DNA from: Verrucomicrobiota bacterium | Lineage (GTDB): Bacteria; Verrucomicrobiota; Verrucomicrobiia; Limisphaerales; CANJXF01 | Length of the DNA: 40,360 bases | Assembly: GCA_038214755.1 (NCBI GenBank) | Contig: JBBQRQ010000046.1 | Span: 1-40,360 of the forward strand | Direction: 5' to 3' | Shown: one piece after another, positions 1 to 8,965 of the stretch | Layout of the letters: the number at the start of each line of letters is the position of its first letter | Position numbering within the stretch: the first letter of the stretch is position 1 | The notes under the pieces: model-generated | Told to the model about the DNA's origin: nothing | Database searches by the model: none | What the model saw: only the letters and a program-made list of their open reading frames with translations | Program-made: the position numbers and the translations under genes

Positions 1-46
1 AAGAGACGGAGCGCGCGGAGTGACGGGCCGAAGAATGTTTTGCCAT
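1..46 (-). CDS. Possible 5' end of a gene running off the window (MAKHSSARHSARSVS...)
   Basis: ATG at 46-44 on the minus strand, open to the window edge; too short to identify. Confidence 0.25.
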   Translation of the reverse strand, partial: MAKHSSARHSARSVS

Positions 47-147
47 GACCGCAGCGTGAAAAACTTTGACGGCAAAGTCCAGCACGATCGATCAACTGAC
101 TTCCAATCAGCCGCTTATACCGCCAGAAGAATTTTCCGTGGGGTCTG

Positions 148-344
148 AGGGGTGATTAAAAGTGGGTGAGGTTGGAACCGGTCTTATTTTGGACTGCGGG
201 GACACGTCCCCGCTTTGGCTGCGCGGTGGAAAAGCCGGGAAGGTTTTTCATTTCGAGCACTTTCTCCATCGCGTAACGTGCAGGAAAAGCGGCGTCATGC
301 CGCCGCAGTCCAAATCCAGTCTCACCCGCTTTTAGTCACACCCT
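148..344. mobile_element. ~197-bp non-autonomous MITE-like element with ~30-bp imperfect terminal inverted repeats and a 7-8 bp flanking direct repeat
   Basis: Left end AGGGGTGATTAAAAGTGGGTGAGGTTGGA (148-176) versus reverse complement of 315-344 AGGGTGTGACTAAAAGCGGGTGAGACTGGA; GGGTCTG(A) at 141-148 and 345-352. Confidence 0.7.
188..314. repeat. Inverted pair of REP-like palindromes (REPIN-like), TTTGGA(C/G)TGCGG family
   Basis: TTTGGACTGCGGGGACACGTCCCCGCTTTG (188-217) and AAAAGCGGCGTCATGCCGCCGCAGTCCAAA (285-314); each forms a hairpin and the two are inverted. Confidence 0.8.
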
Positions 345-594
345 GGGTCTGATTTGAGGGAGCACGCCTATGTCGAAAGCAGCCCAGGCATTTTCACCGC
401 GCCGCGGCTGGTTGAGGACGACACGACCCACGGTTCGCAAAGTTCAGGAACTGCCGAAATAAAAACTCCGAATCTGCCAAAGACATTACTTTGCGTCCCA
501 CGGCGTCCCATCTTTAGGCGCACCGTCGCGAGATCGATCAAATAGCGTGATGCGCGATTCGTTTTTCTCACCGGAGCGAAAGAAAAAAAGTTCG

Positions 595-610
595 TGGCAT
601 ATGTTTAGCT
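595..610 (+). promoter_or_regulatory. Putative sigma54 -24/-12 promoter for pilC
   Basis: TGGCATATGTTTAGCT: GG (596-597), 10 nt, GC (608-609); 37 nt upstream of the ATG; a sigma54 activator gene lies just downstream. Confidence 0.65.
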
Positions 611-646
611 TCGCACCGATGAGAAAACAATTTTCTGTAAACAATT

Positions 647-1858
647 ATGCCTTCTTACACTTATTTAGCGCGCGAGTCTACGACGGGTCGGGAAATCCGC
701 AGCGCGGTGGATGCCTCTTCTGAATCCGCCGCCATCGCTGCGCTGTTAAACCGAAATTTATTGGTCGTGTCCATCCACGAAAAAATTGGACGCAAAGGCA
801 AAACCGCCGGCGGCAAAGTCGCGCTGGCTGATCTGGTGGTTTTCACTCGACAGTTGGCCACGATGCTCGACGCGGGTTTGGCCATGGTGCAATCGTTGCA
901 GGCGCTGGCGGAACAGACGACCAACAAAGTGATGCGGGATGTCATCAAAGACGTGACGGTGCGCGTGGAAGGCGGCGATAGCTTTTCCGAAGCGCTGCAA
1001 AAGCATCCGAAAGTTTTCATAAAACTTTATTACTGCATGGTGGCCGCCGGAGAAAAAGGCGGTTTGCTCGCCGATATTCTGGCGCGCCTGGCGACCTATC
1101 TGGAAAACACGGCCCGCCTCCGCCGCAAAGTAAAATCAGCCATGATGTATCCGGTGGCGGTGACGGTCGTCGCTGTTGGCATCACCATATTTTTGCTGGT
1201 CAAAGTGGTTCCGGTTTTCGGCGATATCTATTCGAGTTTCGGCGCGGCCCTTCCGACTCCTACGCAATATCTGATCAATATCAGCAAGTTCATGCAAAAG
1301 TATTTTTACGTCCTTATTGTCGGCGGCGGCGCGTCCGTGTGGGGCTGGCTTTACTTCATCAAAACTCCGCCGGGCCGCGCTTTTTGGGATGCGAAAAGAA
1401 TCAAGCTCCCCATCTTTGGATCCATCGCGCACAAAATTTGTTTGGCGCGTTTTACCAGGACGCTTTCTTCCTTGATCCGCAGCGGTGTCCCCATTCTTGA
1501 AGTGTTGGGCATCGTCCAAAATACGGTGGGAAATGTGGTGATGGAAAAGGCGGTGCGCGTGGCCGCCAGCGATATCGAGCGGGGCGAAAGTATTTCCACG
1601 GCGCTGAGCAAACATCCGGTTTTTCCCACCATGATTCTTCGCATGGTCACGGCGGGTGAACAAACCGGAAAGATCGATACGATGCTCGAACGCATCTCGG
1701 ATTTTTTGGACGAAGAAGTCGAGACCACTCTCTCCGGTTTAACCTCGTTGATCGAACCGATTTTAATCGTGGTGCTCGGAGTTGTCGTTGGGGGCATTGC
1801 TATTTGTATGTTTCTACCGATTTTCAAGATGAGCGAAATAGTCAACGGCCATCGGTAA
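647..1858 (+). CDS. pilC: Type IV pilus/T2SS inner-membrane platform protein (PilC/GspF family)
   Basis: Two T2SSF repeats: FTRQLATMLDAGL, AGEKGGLL, AMMYP, RFTRTLSSLIRSGVPI, GEQTGKID, LIEPILIV, MFLPIF. Confidence 0.93.
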   Translation: MPSYTYLARESTTGREIRSAVDASSESAAIAALLNRNLLVVSIHEKIGRKGKTAGGKVALADLVVFTRQLATMLDAGLAMVQSLQALAEQTTNKVMRDVIKDVTVRVEGGDSFSEALQKHPKVFIKLYYCMVAAGEKGGLLADILARLATYLENTARLRRKVKSAMMYPVAVTVVAVGITIFLLVKVVPVFGDIYSSFGAALPTPTQYLINISKFMQKYFYVLIVGGGASVWGWLYFIKTPPGRAFWDAKRIKLPIFGSIAHKICLARFTRTLSSLIRSGVPILEVLGIVQNTVGNVVMEKAVRVAASDIERGESISTALSKHPVFPTMILRMVTAGEQTGKIDTMLERISDFLDEEVETTLSGLTSLIEPILIVVLGVVVGGIAICMFLPIFKMSEIVNGHR

Positions 1859-1955
1859 CCGATGTGGCTTTGCTGACAGGGAAACGATCTTCTTCGGAAG
1901 ACGTTCCCGTCGGTCAACTCGCTGGATTGCGCGGAAGAATTTTAAAATTATTTTC

Positions 1956-3416
1956 ATGGCCAAAGTGCTCCTGATTGATGATGAGGTGACGATCCTGCAA
2001 ATGGTGACGGACCTTTTGCGCAATGAAGGTCATGAGATTTTTCCCTTCAACAATTTTGCGGCCGGCATGGAGGCGCTGGAGTCCCATTCCCCGGAACTGG
2101 TCATCACCGACCTGTATCTGGAGAAAGGTCGGGCGCGCGGATTGGAAATTCTCAAGAAAGCGCGCTCGCTCAATCCACCCGCCACCGTGCTGGTCATCAC
2201 CGGTTATGGCACCATTGAGTCCGCCGTGGAGGCGATGAAAATGGGGGCCTACGATTATATCGAGAAACCATTTCAGGTGGACGAATTGAGACTCTGCATC
2301 CACCGCGCTCTCTCCTATAACGAAGCCGTTTCCGAAAATGTTTATCTACGCAAACAACTCAAGCGCAAATATCAGTTCAGCCAGATCATCGGCAACTCGC
2401 CAAAAATGCAGGAAGTTTTCCGAATGGTGGAGCGTGTTTCCGTCACGGACAGTACGGTTTTAATTCTCGGCCAGAGCGGCACGGGAAAGGAATTGATCGC
2501 GCGCGCGCTCCATTTCAACAGCACCCGTCAATTCGCTCCGTTCATCCCGATCAATTGCAGCGCGCTCCCGGAAAATTTGCTTGAATCAGAATTGTTCGGC
2601 CACCGAAAAGGTTCTTTCACCGGGGCGATCCACGATAAAAAAGGTCTTTTCCAGGAAGCCGACGGCGGCACCATTTTTCTCGACGAAATTGGCGCGATGT
2701 CGCCCACGCTGCAATCCCGCTTGCTCCGAGTTTTGCAGGAGAAGGAAGTGCGTCGGGTCGGAGACAATGTGCCCAGCTTCGTCAACGTTCGCGTCCTCGC
2801 CGCCACCCACGAACCGCTGGAGAAAAGAATCGAAGAAAATCTTTTCCGCGAAGATTTGTATTATCGCTTGAACGTTATTTCAATCACGCTCCCCAGTCTC
2901 TGCGAACGGGTGGAGGACATCCCGCTCTTGGTTTCGCATTTTTTAAAAAATAAAGTCCAGGCCAGCACGGGCAAACCGTTTCAATTGACCAAAAAGGTCA
3001 TGGACACATTGTGCCACTACCCTTGGCCGGGGAACGTGCGCGAGTTGGAAAACGCTCTCGAGCGCGCCTGCGTTTTGTGCGACGCGGCGATGATCAAAGT
3101 TTCTGATCTTCCACCAGCGGTGAGAACGGCAAAATCTCTTTCCGATAGCGCGGAAGATGACACGGAGATTTTTGCGCCAACTTTTGAGAGCACGCCAGTG
3201 TCCGCGCTCTTTTCCAACTCCAACTCGACCGCTTCCGCCAATGCGCTGTGCGCCGCGATGCCGCCGCTGAAAAATTTCCTGCGCGAACAGGAATTGGTTT
3301 ACTTGAATCGAGCGCTGGCCCACACCGGCGGCGACAAGGAAAAAACCGCTGAGTTGCTGGGCGTAAGTGTGGCGACGATTTACCGGAAATTGTCCGAAGA
3401 AGAATCGGTGGAATAG
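1956..3416 (+). CDS. Sigma54-dependent response regulator (NtrC/PilR family: REC, AAA+, Fis HTH)
   Basis: REC (LLIDD, ITDL, KPF); Walker A GQSGTGKE; ESELFGHRKGSFTGA; FLDEIG; FREDLYYRLNV; WPGNVRELEN; C-terminal AELLGVSVATIYRKL. Confidence 0.95.
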   Translation: MAKVLLIDDEVTILQMVTDLLRNEGHEIFPFNNFAAGMEALESHSPELVITDLYLEKGRARGLEILKKARSLNPPATVLVITGYGTIESAVEAMKMGAYDYIEKPFQVDELRLCIHRALSYNEAVSENVYLRKQLKRKYQFSQIIGNSPKMQEVFRMVERVSVTDSTVLILGQSGTGKELIARALHFNSTRQFAPFIPINCSALPENLLESELFGHRKGSFTGAIHDKKGLFQEADGGTIFLDEIGAMSPTLQSRLLRVLQEKEVRRVGDNVPSFVNVRVLAATHEPLEKRIEENLFREDLYYRLNVISITLPSLCERVEDIPLLVSHFLKNKVQASTGKPFQLTKKVMDTLCHYPWPGNVRELENALERACVLCDAAMIKVSDLPPAVRTAKSLSDSAEDDTEIFAPTFESTPVSALFSNSNSTASANALCAAMPPLKNFLREQELVYLNRALAHTGGDKEKTAELLGVSVATIYRKLSEEESVE

Positions 3417-3465
3417 GCGAAATAGGCGAAGTCCGGCGTGTGCAGCTTGAAGGCGTGTTTCCCAG

Positions 3466-3918
3466 ATGGAAAGGAGCGCGGCGCTCACGCCGCAAGAAGG
3501 CACGCCGCTGAAGTTGAAGAAAACCATTTTCAAGAAAACGAACACGAATCGCGGGCCGGTTTTGGAATCGCTCAAAGGAGGATTGAAGGTTGGCGACGAA
3601 TTGGTCGTGCGCATCGAACTGCGGACGGATCGCGACATGGAATATGTTCACTTGAAAGCTCAGCGCGGCAGCGGAGTCGAGCCGGTGAATGTTCTCTCGC
3701 AATACAAATATCAGGACGGACTCGCCTACTACGAATCGACGCGTGACACCGCAAGTCACTTCTTTATCGATTATTTGCCGAAGGGAATTTATGTTTTTGA
3801 ATATTCAACGCGCGCGCAACTGCGCGGCGAATATCAAACGGGCATCGCCGAGATTCAGTGCAGGTATGCGCCGGAGTCCAACAGCCATTCGGAGAGTTTT
3901 AAATTGGTGGTGAAATGA
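3466..3918 (+). pseudogene. C-terminal remnant of a bacterial alpha-2-macroglobulin family protein (MG10-like domain)
   Basis: LKVGDELVVRIELRTDRDMEYVHLK..RGSGVEP, YYESTRD, FFIDYLPKG.YVFEY, YAPE match the A2M C-terminus; only 150 aa of a normally >1500-aa protein. Confidence 0.75.
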
Positions 3919-3953
3919 ATTCCGTCAAAAGCGCGCAGCGAGTGTTTTTCTAC

Positions 3954-3988
3954 TCAGGCCGTCATACTGGATATTGAACTCAGGCGGT
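3954..3988 (-). pseudogene. Truncated third copy of the choice-of-anchor L C-terminal fragment (PPEFNIQYDGL)
   Basis: 3954-3975 is identical to 4801-4822 (TCAGGCCGTCATACTGGATATT) and directly follows the PEP-CTERM stop codon. Confidence 0.75.
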
Positions 3989-4645
3989 TCATTGCTTTGC
4001 TAGTATTGAAGGCTTTCTTGCGCGCCAGAAGTTCAAACAGACCAGACCCAGGCCTACCAGCGCATACGTGGCAGGTTCAGGCACCGTGGTCGCATAAACG
4101 CCAGACTGGAAATATGGGCCAGCAGTTCTAGTCCAGTCTGAACCGTCAGGAGAGGTATTATAATAAATTCCCATATTCCATCTATCACTGGCGCTCGAGA
4201 GACCGGGATTTGCAAAACTCCACTTGAAAGAACCATCTTCAATGGCGGTGGCGGATGTCATCACTATAAAATAAACAGTCAAGCGTGAGAGCGTAATGCC
4301 GGATGCCGTGTAAGTGTAAACGCCCTTGACCGGCGGATCTGAACCGCTAAGACTGCCAAGCCTGCTTCCCGGGTTGAACATTGAATTATAATCGTAGATC
4401 GCAACAGTAAAGCCACTTGGATTTCCAGATGCGTCATCCATCAATAATTGAACAGAATTAAGGACGTATCCCCCCGATGCAGTTCCAGTTTGAAATGACT
4501 TTGCAAGCCACGCATTGCTTCCAGTGGCCATACTGCCGGTTGGAGTTTCGCCTAAGTTTGACAAGTAAAGAGTGCCTTGGGCTGGTGCAAGCTCCGGTTC
4601 AAACAGCCCAACCGCTAACAGTATAATGGTCATTATTTTTTCCAT
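3989..4645 (-). CDS. PEP-CTERM surface protein, choice-of-anchor R-like (copy 2)
   Basis: Signal peptide; LSNL..., WLAKSFQTG, Y.LNSVQL, G.YTYT.SGITL, YFIV; C-terminal VPEPATYALVGLGLVCLNFWRARK. Confidence 0.88.
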   Translation of the reverse strand: MEKIMTIILLAVGLFEPELAPAQGTLYLSNLGETPTGSMATGSNAWLAKSFQTGTASGGYVLNSVQLLMDDASGNPSGFTVAIYDYNSMFNPGSRLGSLSGSDPPVKGVYTYTASGITLSRLTVYFIVMTSATAIEDGSFKWSFANPGLSSASDRWNMGIYYNTSPDGSDWTRTAGPYFQSGVYATTVPEPATYALVGLGLVCLNFWRARKPSILAKQ

Positions 4646-4669
4646 ACTGATTCTCTTTTGTTTTCAACG

Positions 4670-4835
4670 TTAAGGACATTGTAGCGCTGCCTTGAGGAAA
4701 ACTGCCGAATCGAAACTGTTATCATCGAAATCCGCGATGGCGACTTTGATATGGTAAGTAATTCCGACAGAAATTTGTGCCTGCGCTTTGAGGAGTGCGG
4801 TCAGGCCGTCATACTGGATATTCAACGTTGGCGGT
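4670..4835 (-). pseudogene. Orphan 3' fragment of the choice-of-anchor L gene (PPTLNIQYDGLTALLKAQAQISVGITYHIKVAIADFDDNSFDSAVFLKAALQCP*)
   Basis: Manual translation; 31 of 50 residues identical to the C-terminus of 5519..6412; no ATG; absent from the ORF track. Confidence 0.85.
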
Positions 4836-5495
4836 TCATTGCTTTGATAGTGTTGAAGGTTTTCTTGCGCGGCAAAAGATCAAACAAACGAAGCCCAATC
4901 CTATAAGCACATACGTTGCAGGTTCCGGCACTCCGGTGGCATTTACCGCGAATTGAAGGCCGTTACCGGGATAGCCGCCGCGATCCCAGTTGATACCATC
5001 GGCTGAAGTGTAGCGATATTGAGTCAAAATCCAATTATCGTCGGAACCGTAGTTATAGCTGGCTGCGTATTTCTGCATATATGAGCCTTGTGCAACGGGC
5101 GTCCCGGCAGTAAGCACGATGAAATATACAGTGGAGGGTGAAAGCGTAATTCCTGAAGTAGTGTAAGCGAAAAGACCGGCAGCCGAGGGATCAGTAGAGC
5201 CGCTGAGACTACCGAGGCTATGTCCCGGAAAGCTACCGTTGCCGTAAAGTGATGCAGTAAAGCCAGTGGGGCTTCCAGAGGCGGTGCCCATGAGCAGTTG
5301 AATAAAGTTCAAAATATAGCCGCGCGAATTGGTTCCAGTAGAAAAAGATTCAGCCAACCATGAGTCGCTTCCGATAGATGCATTGCCCACTGAAGGTTCA
5401 ACCAGATTTGATAAATAAAGAGTGCTTTGGGCGTTGGCGAGTTGCGCTGTAACCAACGCCATTCCTATGAGGATAATGTGAATTATCTTTTTCAT
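4836..5495 (-). CDS. PEP-CTERM surface protein, choice-of-anchor R-like (copy 1)
   Basis: Likely start MKKIIHII at 5495, by analogy with the paralog; signal peptide; VPEPATYVLIGLGFVCLIFCRARK; paralog of 3989..4645. Confidence 0.88.
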   Translation of the reverse strand: MKKIIHIILIGMALVTAQLANAQSTLYLSNLVEPSVGNASIGSDSWLAESFSTGTNSRGYILNFIQLLMGTASGSPTGFTASLYGNGSFPGHSLGSLSGSTDPSAAGLFAYTTSGITLSPSTVYFIVLTAGTPVAQGSYMQKYAASYNYGSDDNWILTQYRYTSADGINWDRGGYPGNGLQFAVNATGVPEPATYVLIGLGFVCLIFCRARKPSTLSKQ

Positions 5496-5518
5496 ACTTG
5501 ATTCTCTTTTGTTCAAAA

Positions 5519-6913
5519 CTAAGGACATTGCAATGCTGCTTTTAGGAAGACTGCGGAGTCGTAAACCGAATCGCCGTAATCCGCGACAGCAATTTTGACA
5601 TGGTTGGTAACGCCGGCGCAGATGTGTATCTGCGCGGTGAGATTGGTAGTCATGCCGTCATACTGGAGATTAGCCACTGGAGCCGCTGCCGCATACGGAG
5701 GCACGGCAGAATAAAAAGGATCATGGTTGTCCACATAGTATTGCGGATTGGTGGGGGAGATGTAGCCGTTATTAACTGATTGAACGCAACCTCCATTGAT
5801 GGTGTTGACACTGACCGGCCGATTGGTTCCTGGAACCAGCGCAATGTTGTCGTTGGTGGTGTTGACCCAGTTTGTGCCTACGTAGTTTGTGCTGACAAAT
5901 ATGGCCATGGGATCGTTATACTGGCCTATGTACTCTGGATATTCTTCGGAAGCAAAGATGTATTGAAATTTCAAAACAACGGAATTTGATGAAACAATGT
6001 CGAACTCCAGCACCGCTGCATCGTGAGTTCCACTGCCTCCAACAAGATTATCTAAATCAGCGTCACCATTTGTTCCCAAATCTGAACCACGGTGAATTGC
6101 ATTGACACCACTGTCGTTATTTGGTCCCAACGCGTTTGTTTTGTTCCCTGACGAGAGGATCACCCCGCTGTCGATGGGCAGGCCGGCACAGATGCCATTT
6201 GTAAATGTGCCTCGGGCTACATCTGCCCCCGTGTAGGTGACATTGCTAATGGTGACACAAGTTCCAACGAGCAACCGGACCAACTCTTCCGGCGTCGGAT
6301 TTGCTTCAACGGTTAGGTTGGAGGAACTGCAAGTACGCGCCCACACAAACAAATTGGTCCTTTCGTTTTTGGGCAACTGCGCTGGAGTTGTATTGCTCGC
6401 CACCCCTGTCACGCGTAACTCTGCTGTCTAATTGGACCAGTTGAGATCTGACTTGGTCAGTATCGCATAAGGCTGGTTCGTCACCGTGTTGTGTAACAGG
6501 AAGTAGGCAAAATCGTTTGTTACCGCCGTGATCTCCAGCCAAAGATCGTTGGTCGTATAGTTGTAGGCCGATGGCCCTGCTCCCCAGTCACTCGTGCTGG
6601 TCGATAAATTTCTTGCTGCCCTCTGTTCGTTTTTCAACGCGACATAATCCACTTTACGATCATCGAAAATAAATCCTCTAGAAAAGGAATAAATATCTAA
6701 ATCAGGAAACGGATTGAATGGGAACGGCGGCTGCGAACTCAGTTGAGCCGAGAAAAATGAGCCTTGGCTTGGTGGCGAGGATAACAAGACGGGTCGTTCT
6801 ACATAATTCTGCACGACTGATTCAGGTTCGTAAAATGGGAAACCTGAGTTTTCTTGAGCGCTACCGAAGAACGGTAGAAGGAATGCAAAGGTGAGGAGTG
6901 TGGTTAGTTTCAT
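5519..6913 (-). pseudogene. Secreted choice-of-anchor L domain protein interrupted by a single in-frame TAG (6428-6430)
   Basis: ORFs 6428..6913 and 5519..6412 share a frame. The 5' part carries the signal peptide. The 3' part has GVILSSG, AAVLEFD, FQYIFASEEYPEY, NIALVPGT, QYDG, KIAVAD..D..YDSAVFL. Confidence 0.8.
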
Positions 6914-7206
6914 GGATTTTTTCCTCTGGAGTCGGAACGGAGCTGCGCACTGGCGGGCCTGGAACAGAAAATCTTGCGGAATTTCAGACGAGACCTAGCC
7001 AAAGCGAGGCAAAGTTACTTTGGTTAGTTGTTCCATCATTTTTCGGAACGCAGATGGTTTACGCGCCAAGGGAAAATTTTACAATTGAATTGTGAAATAA
7101 TCTTTGAACCTATGAAAACCCGAACTCAAAAATCGCATCAAATCCAGGTGACTAATCCTTGGGCAAACTTCTGTTCTAACGGTCCTTGCAAAAAGAACTC
7201 TAGTTT

Positions 7207-7572
7207 TCAAGACCCGCCCGCGACGGTGTACCCTGCTTCACGCAAATCTTCGGCCAGCTCACTTTCCATTTTTACGGCGGCGTCGAACGGCATGGGATTG
7301 AAACATTCGTAAATTTCCGGCAGGAGACGGACGCCAAACTTTTGCACGAGTCGCGCGGCTTTGATTCCGTTTTTGTGATTCTGAAAACGCTCTTCCGGCG
7401 TCAACCCGGTCATGCCGACATAGACGCACGGTTTAGCTTTGTCGCGCTTCGGATTGGTTTGGAGAATTTTGCGGTCCTTCGCGGCTTTTGCATCGAGCAA
7501 CACGACATAGACGCAATGATGGAAGCTATTTCGCCCGAGAGCTTTTAATTTTTGAAAGGTGCGGCGACGCAT
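7207..7572 (-). CDS. Small GIY-YIG-like nuclease-fold protein
   Basis: VYVV.L ... VYVGMTG...EERF.NH ... E..LA..LR; likely start MRRRTFQ at 7572, since the longer ORF runs into a repeat. Confidence 0.65.
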   Translation of the reverse strand: MRRRTFQKLKALGRNSFHHCVYVVLLDAKAAKDRKILQTNPKRDKAKPCVYVGMTGLTPEERFQNHKNGIKAARLVQKFGVRLLPEIYECFNPMPFDAAVKMESELAEDLREAGYTVAGGS

Positions 7573-7597
7573 GGTGGGTCGTAAGTGTTCAGTTAAG

Positions 7598-7737
7598 AAA
7601 CCGCAGATGGACGCAGATAAACGCAGATGGAAGGCGAAAAGAAGATTCACATTTCACCCAGCCAATTACCAGTCCGAGATCACCCAATCCGAAAGCGGGC
7701 GGTTTTATCTGCGTTTATTTGCGTCCATCTGTGGTTT
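7598..7737. repeat. Inverted REP-like pair (CGCAGAT.AACGCAGAT family)
   Basis: AAACCGCAGATGGACGCAGATAAACGCAGAT (7598-7628) versus ATCTGCGTTTATTTGCGTCCATCTGTGGTTT (7707-7737), 2 mismatches. Confidence 0.85.
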
Positions 7738-7766
7738 TTGTTTTTCTTTTTTTGCCTGGATACGAT

Positions 7767-8861
7767 TCAGCGCGTGCCACTCTCGACCGAAGTTTGTTTT
7801 AGTTTTTTTGGAAAACGATTTTCCACTTGCAACGTCGCGCCTCGAACGGAACTGGCTGGATCAAGAATTCGCCGCGCATTCTCGATGACGTAATCCCATT
7901 GCAACGCCGGGCCGGGATCAGTCTTGTTCGTCTGCACGTGGTAATGGCCCATCACGCCTTGATAGTTATTCAGTTCGTCGTCGGGAAGTTTATGCGTCAC
8001 GAGTTTGCCGGAAGCGTCGCGCGGATAATCACATCTTAATTTCGGAAAAGTTTTGCAAAGCGTCGCGGTGAGTTTCACCAGCGCGGCGTATTGTTGGGGT
8101 GTGTAATCGTATTGCTGCAAAACAATCCCTTGCACTTCGCCGATGACCGGTTCTGGCCGCGCGGGATGCCCGACGAAATGGGGAGTGCGAATACTTTCCG
8201 GTTTCAACCATTCCTCAAATTTCAAAGTGGTCTTCCCGTTCGGATCGCGTTCGTACCATTTGTCGAACGGAGCTTTTGCATTCAAACCATACGCGCCGAT
8301 ATTCGCGATCTCGATTCCGATGGAGCGCGTGTTGGAAGTGGTGGCGTGATAAGCGCGTTCTTTCAAATCGAGCGTTTGATAAATTGTGCCATCGACATCG
8401 AGCATGAAGTGAACGCTCAAGCCGCGATGATCGTGCAGAATGTTGAAACATTGGCGGCTGATTCCGCAAACATCGAAATGCAAAACAAATTGGTCAACGA
8501 CTCGTTGCAAAAGCGGCAAGTCCCATCCGCCGCCGCGAACCCGCTCGATTTCTTCGGGTGAAAGTCCCGCTTTGCGCAGGTTGTAGCGATTGGGCGTGGA
8601 GAGGTCTTTGACTTTTTCTTTCGACGTTGTCCAATCGGATTCTTCAAAGGGGGCAAATCGGCGTTCGACTCGATAGGCGTCGTAACCACCCGGCTCCATC
8701 CAGGTGACAACGCGTGTGCCGGTGTGGATGAATTTCCCAGCGACCACAATTTCATCGCCTTTGCGCTCGGAAATTTTTCCGGGACGAGTGGCGCATCCGG
8801 AAAACGCAACCGCCGTCGCAAGCAACACCGCCGGAAAAAAAATTCGATGAAACGAAGTCAT
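7767..8861 (-). CDS. N-acetylmuramoyl-L-alanine amidase (Amidase_2/AmpD-like), putative lipoprotein
   Basis: FVLHFD, LSVHFMLD.DGTIYQ, AYHA, SIGIEIAN, YTPQQYAAL, MGHYH, KTDPG; lipobox AFSGC after MTSF (8861). Confidence 0.88.
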   Translation of the reverse strand: MTSFHRIFFPAVLLATAVAFSGCATRPGKISERKGDEIVVAGKFIHTGTRVVTWMEPGGYDAYRVERRFAPFEESDWTTSKEKVKDLSTPNRYNLRKAGLSPEEIERVRGGGWDLPLLQRVVDQFVLHFDVCGISRQCFNILHDHRGLSVHFMLDVDGTIYQTLDLKERAYHATTSNTRSIGIEIANIGAYGLNAKAPFDKWYERDPNGKTTLKFEEWLKPESIRTPHFVGHPARPEPVIGEVQGIVLQQYDYTPQQYAALVKLTATLCKTFPKLRCDYPRDASGKLVTHKLPDDELNNYQGVMGHYHVQTNKTDPGPALQWDYVIENARRILDPASSVRGATLQVENRFPKKLKQTSVESGTR

Positions 8862-8965
8862 TCCATCTTTTGCCCACGAGGAAGGCGCAGGGTCAAGAAG
8901 AAGTAAAAGCCTGGAAAAAAGTTCTTCCATATTTCTGGATCAAGTGACGAAGCGACGAGATTTTT

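Noticed and set aside
354..571. Short ORFs upstream of pilC
   Set aside because: No motifs; more likely regulatory intergenic DNA
3412..3429. AATAGGCGA tandem duplication at the activator stop codon
   Set aside because: Only two 9-bp copies with nothing between them; could be slippage
6428..6430. Pyrrolysine or genome-wide TAG recoding
   Set aside because: TAG is the normal stop of several intact genes here (e.g. 3416, 17104, 21871); no pyl genes seen
7488..7893. Short ORFs containing ICVYLRPSVV / SAFICVHLW
   Set aside because: Translations of the REP-like repeat
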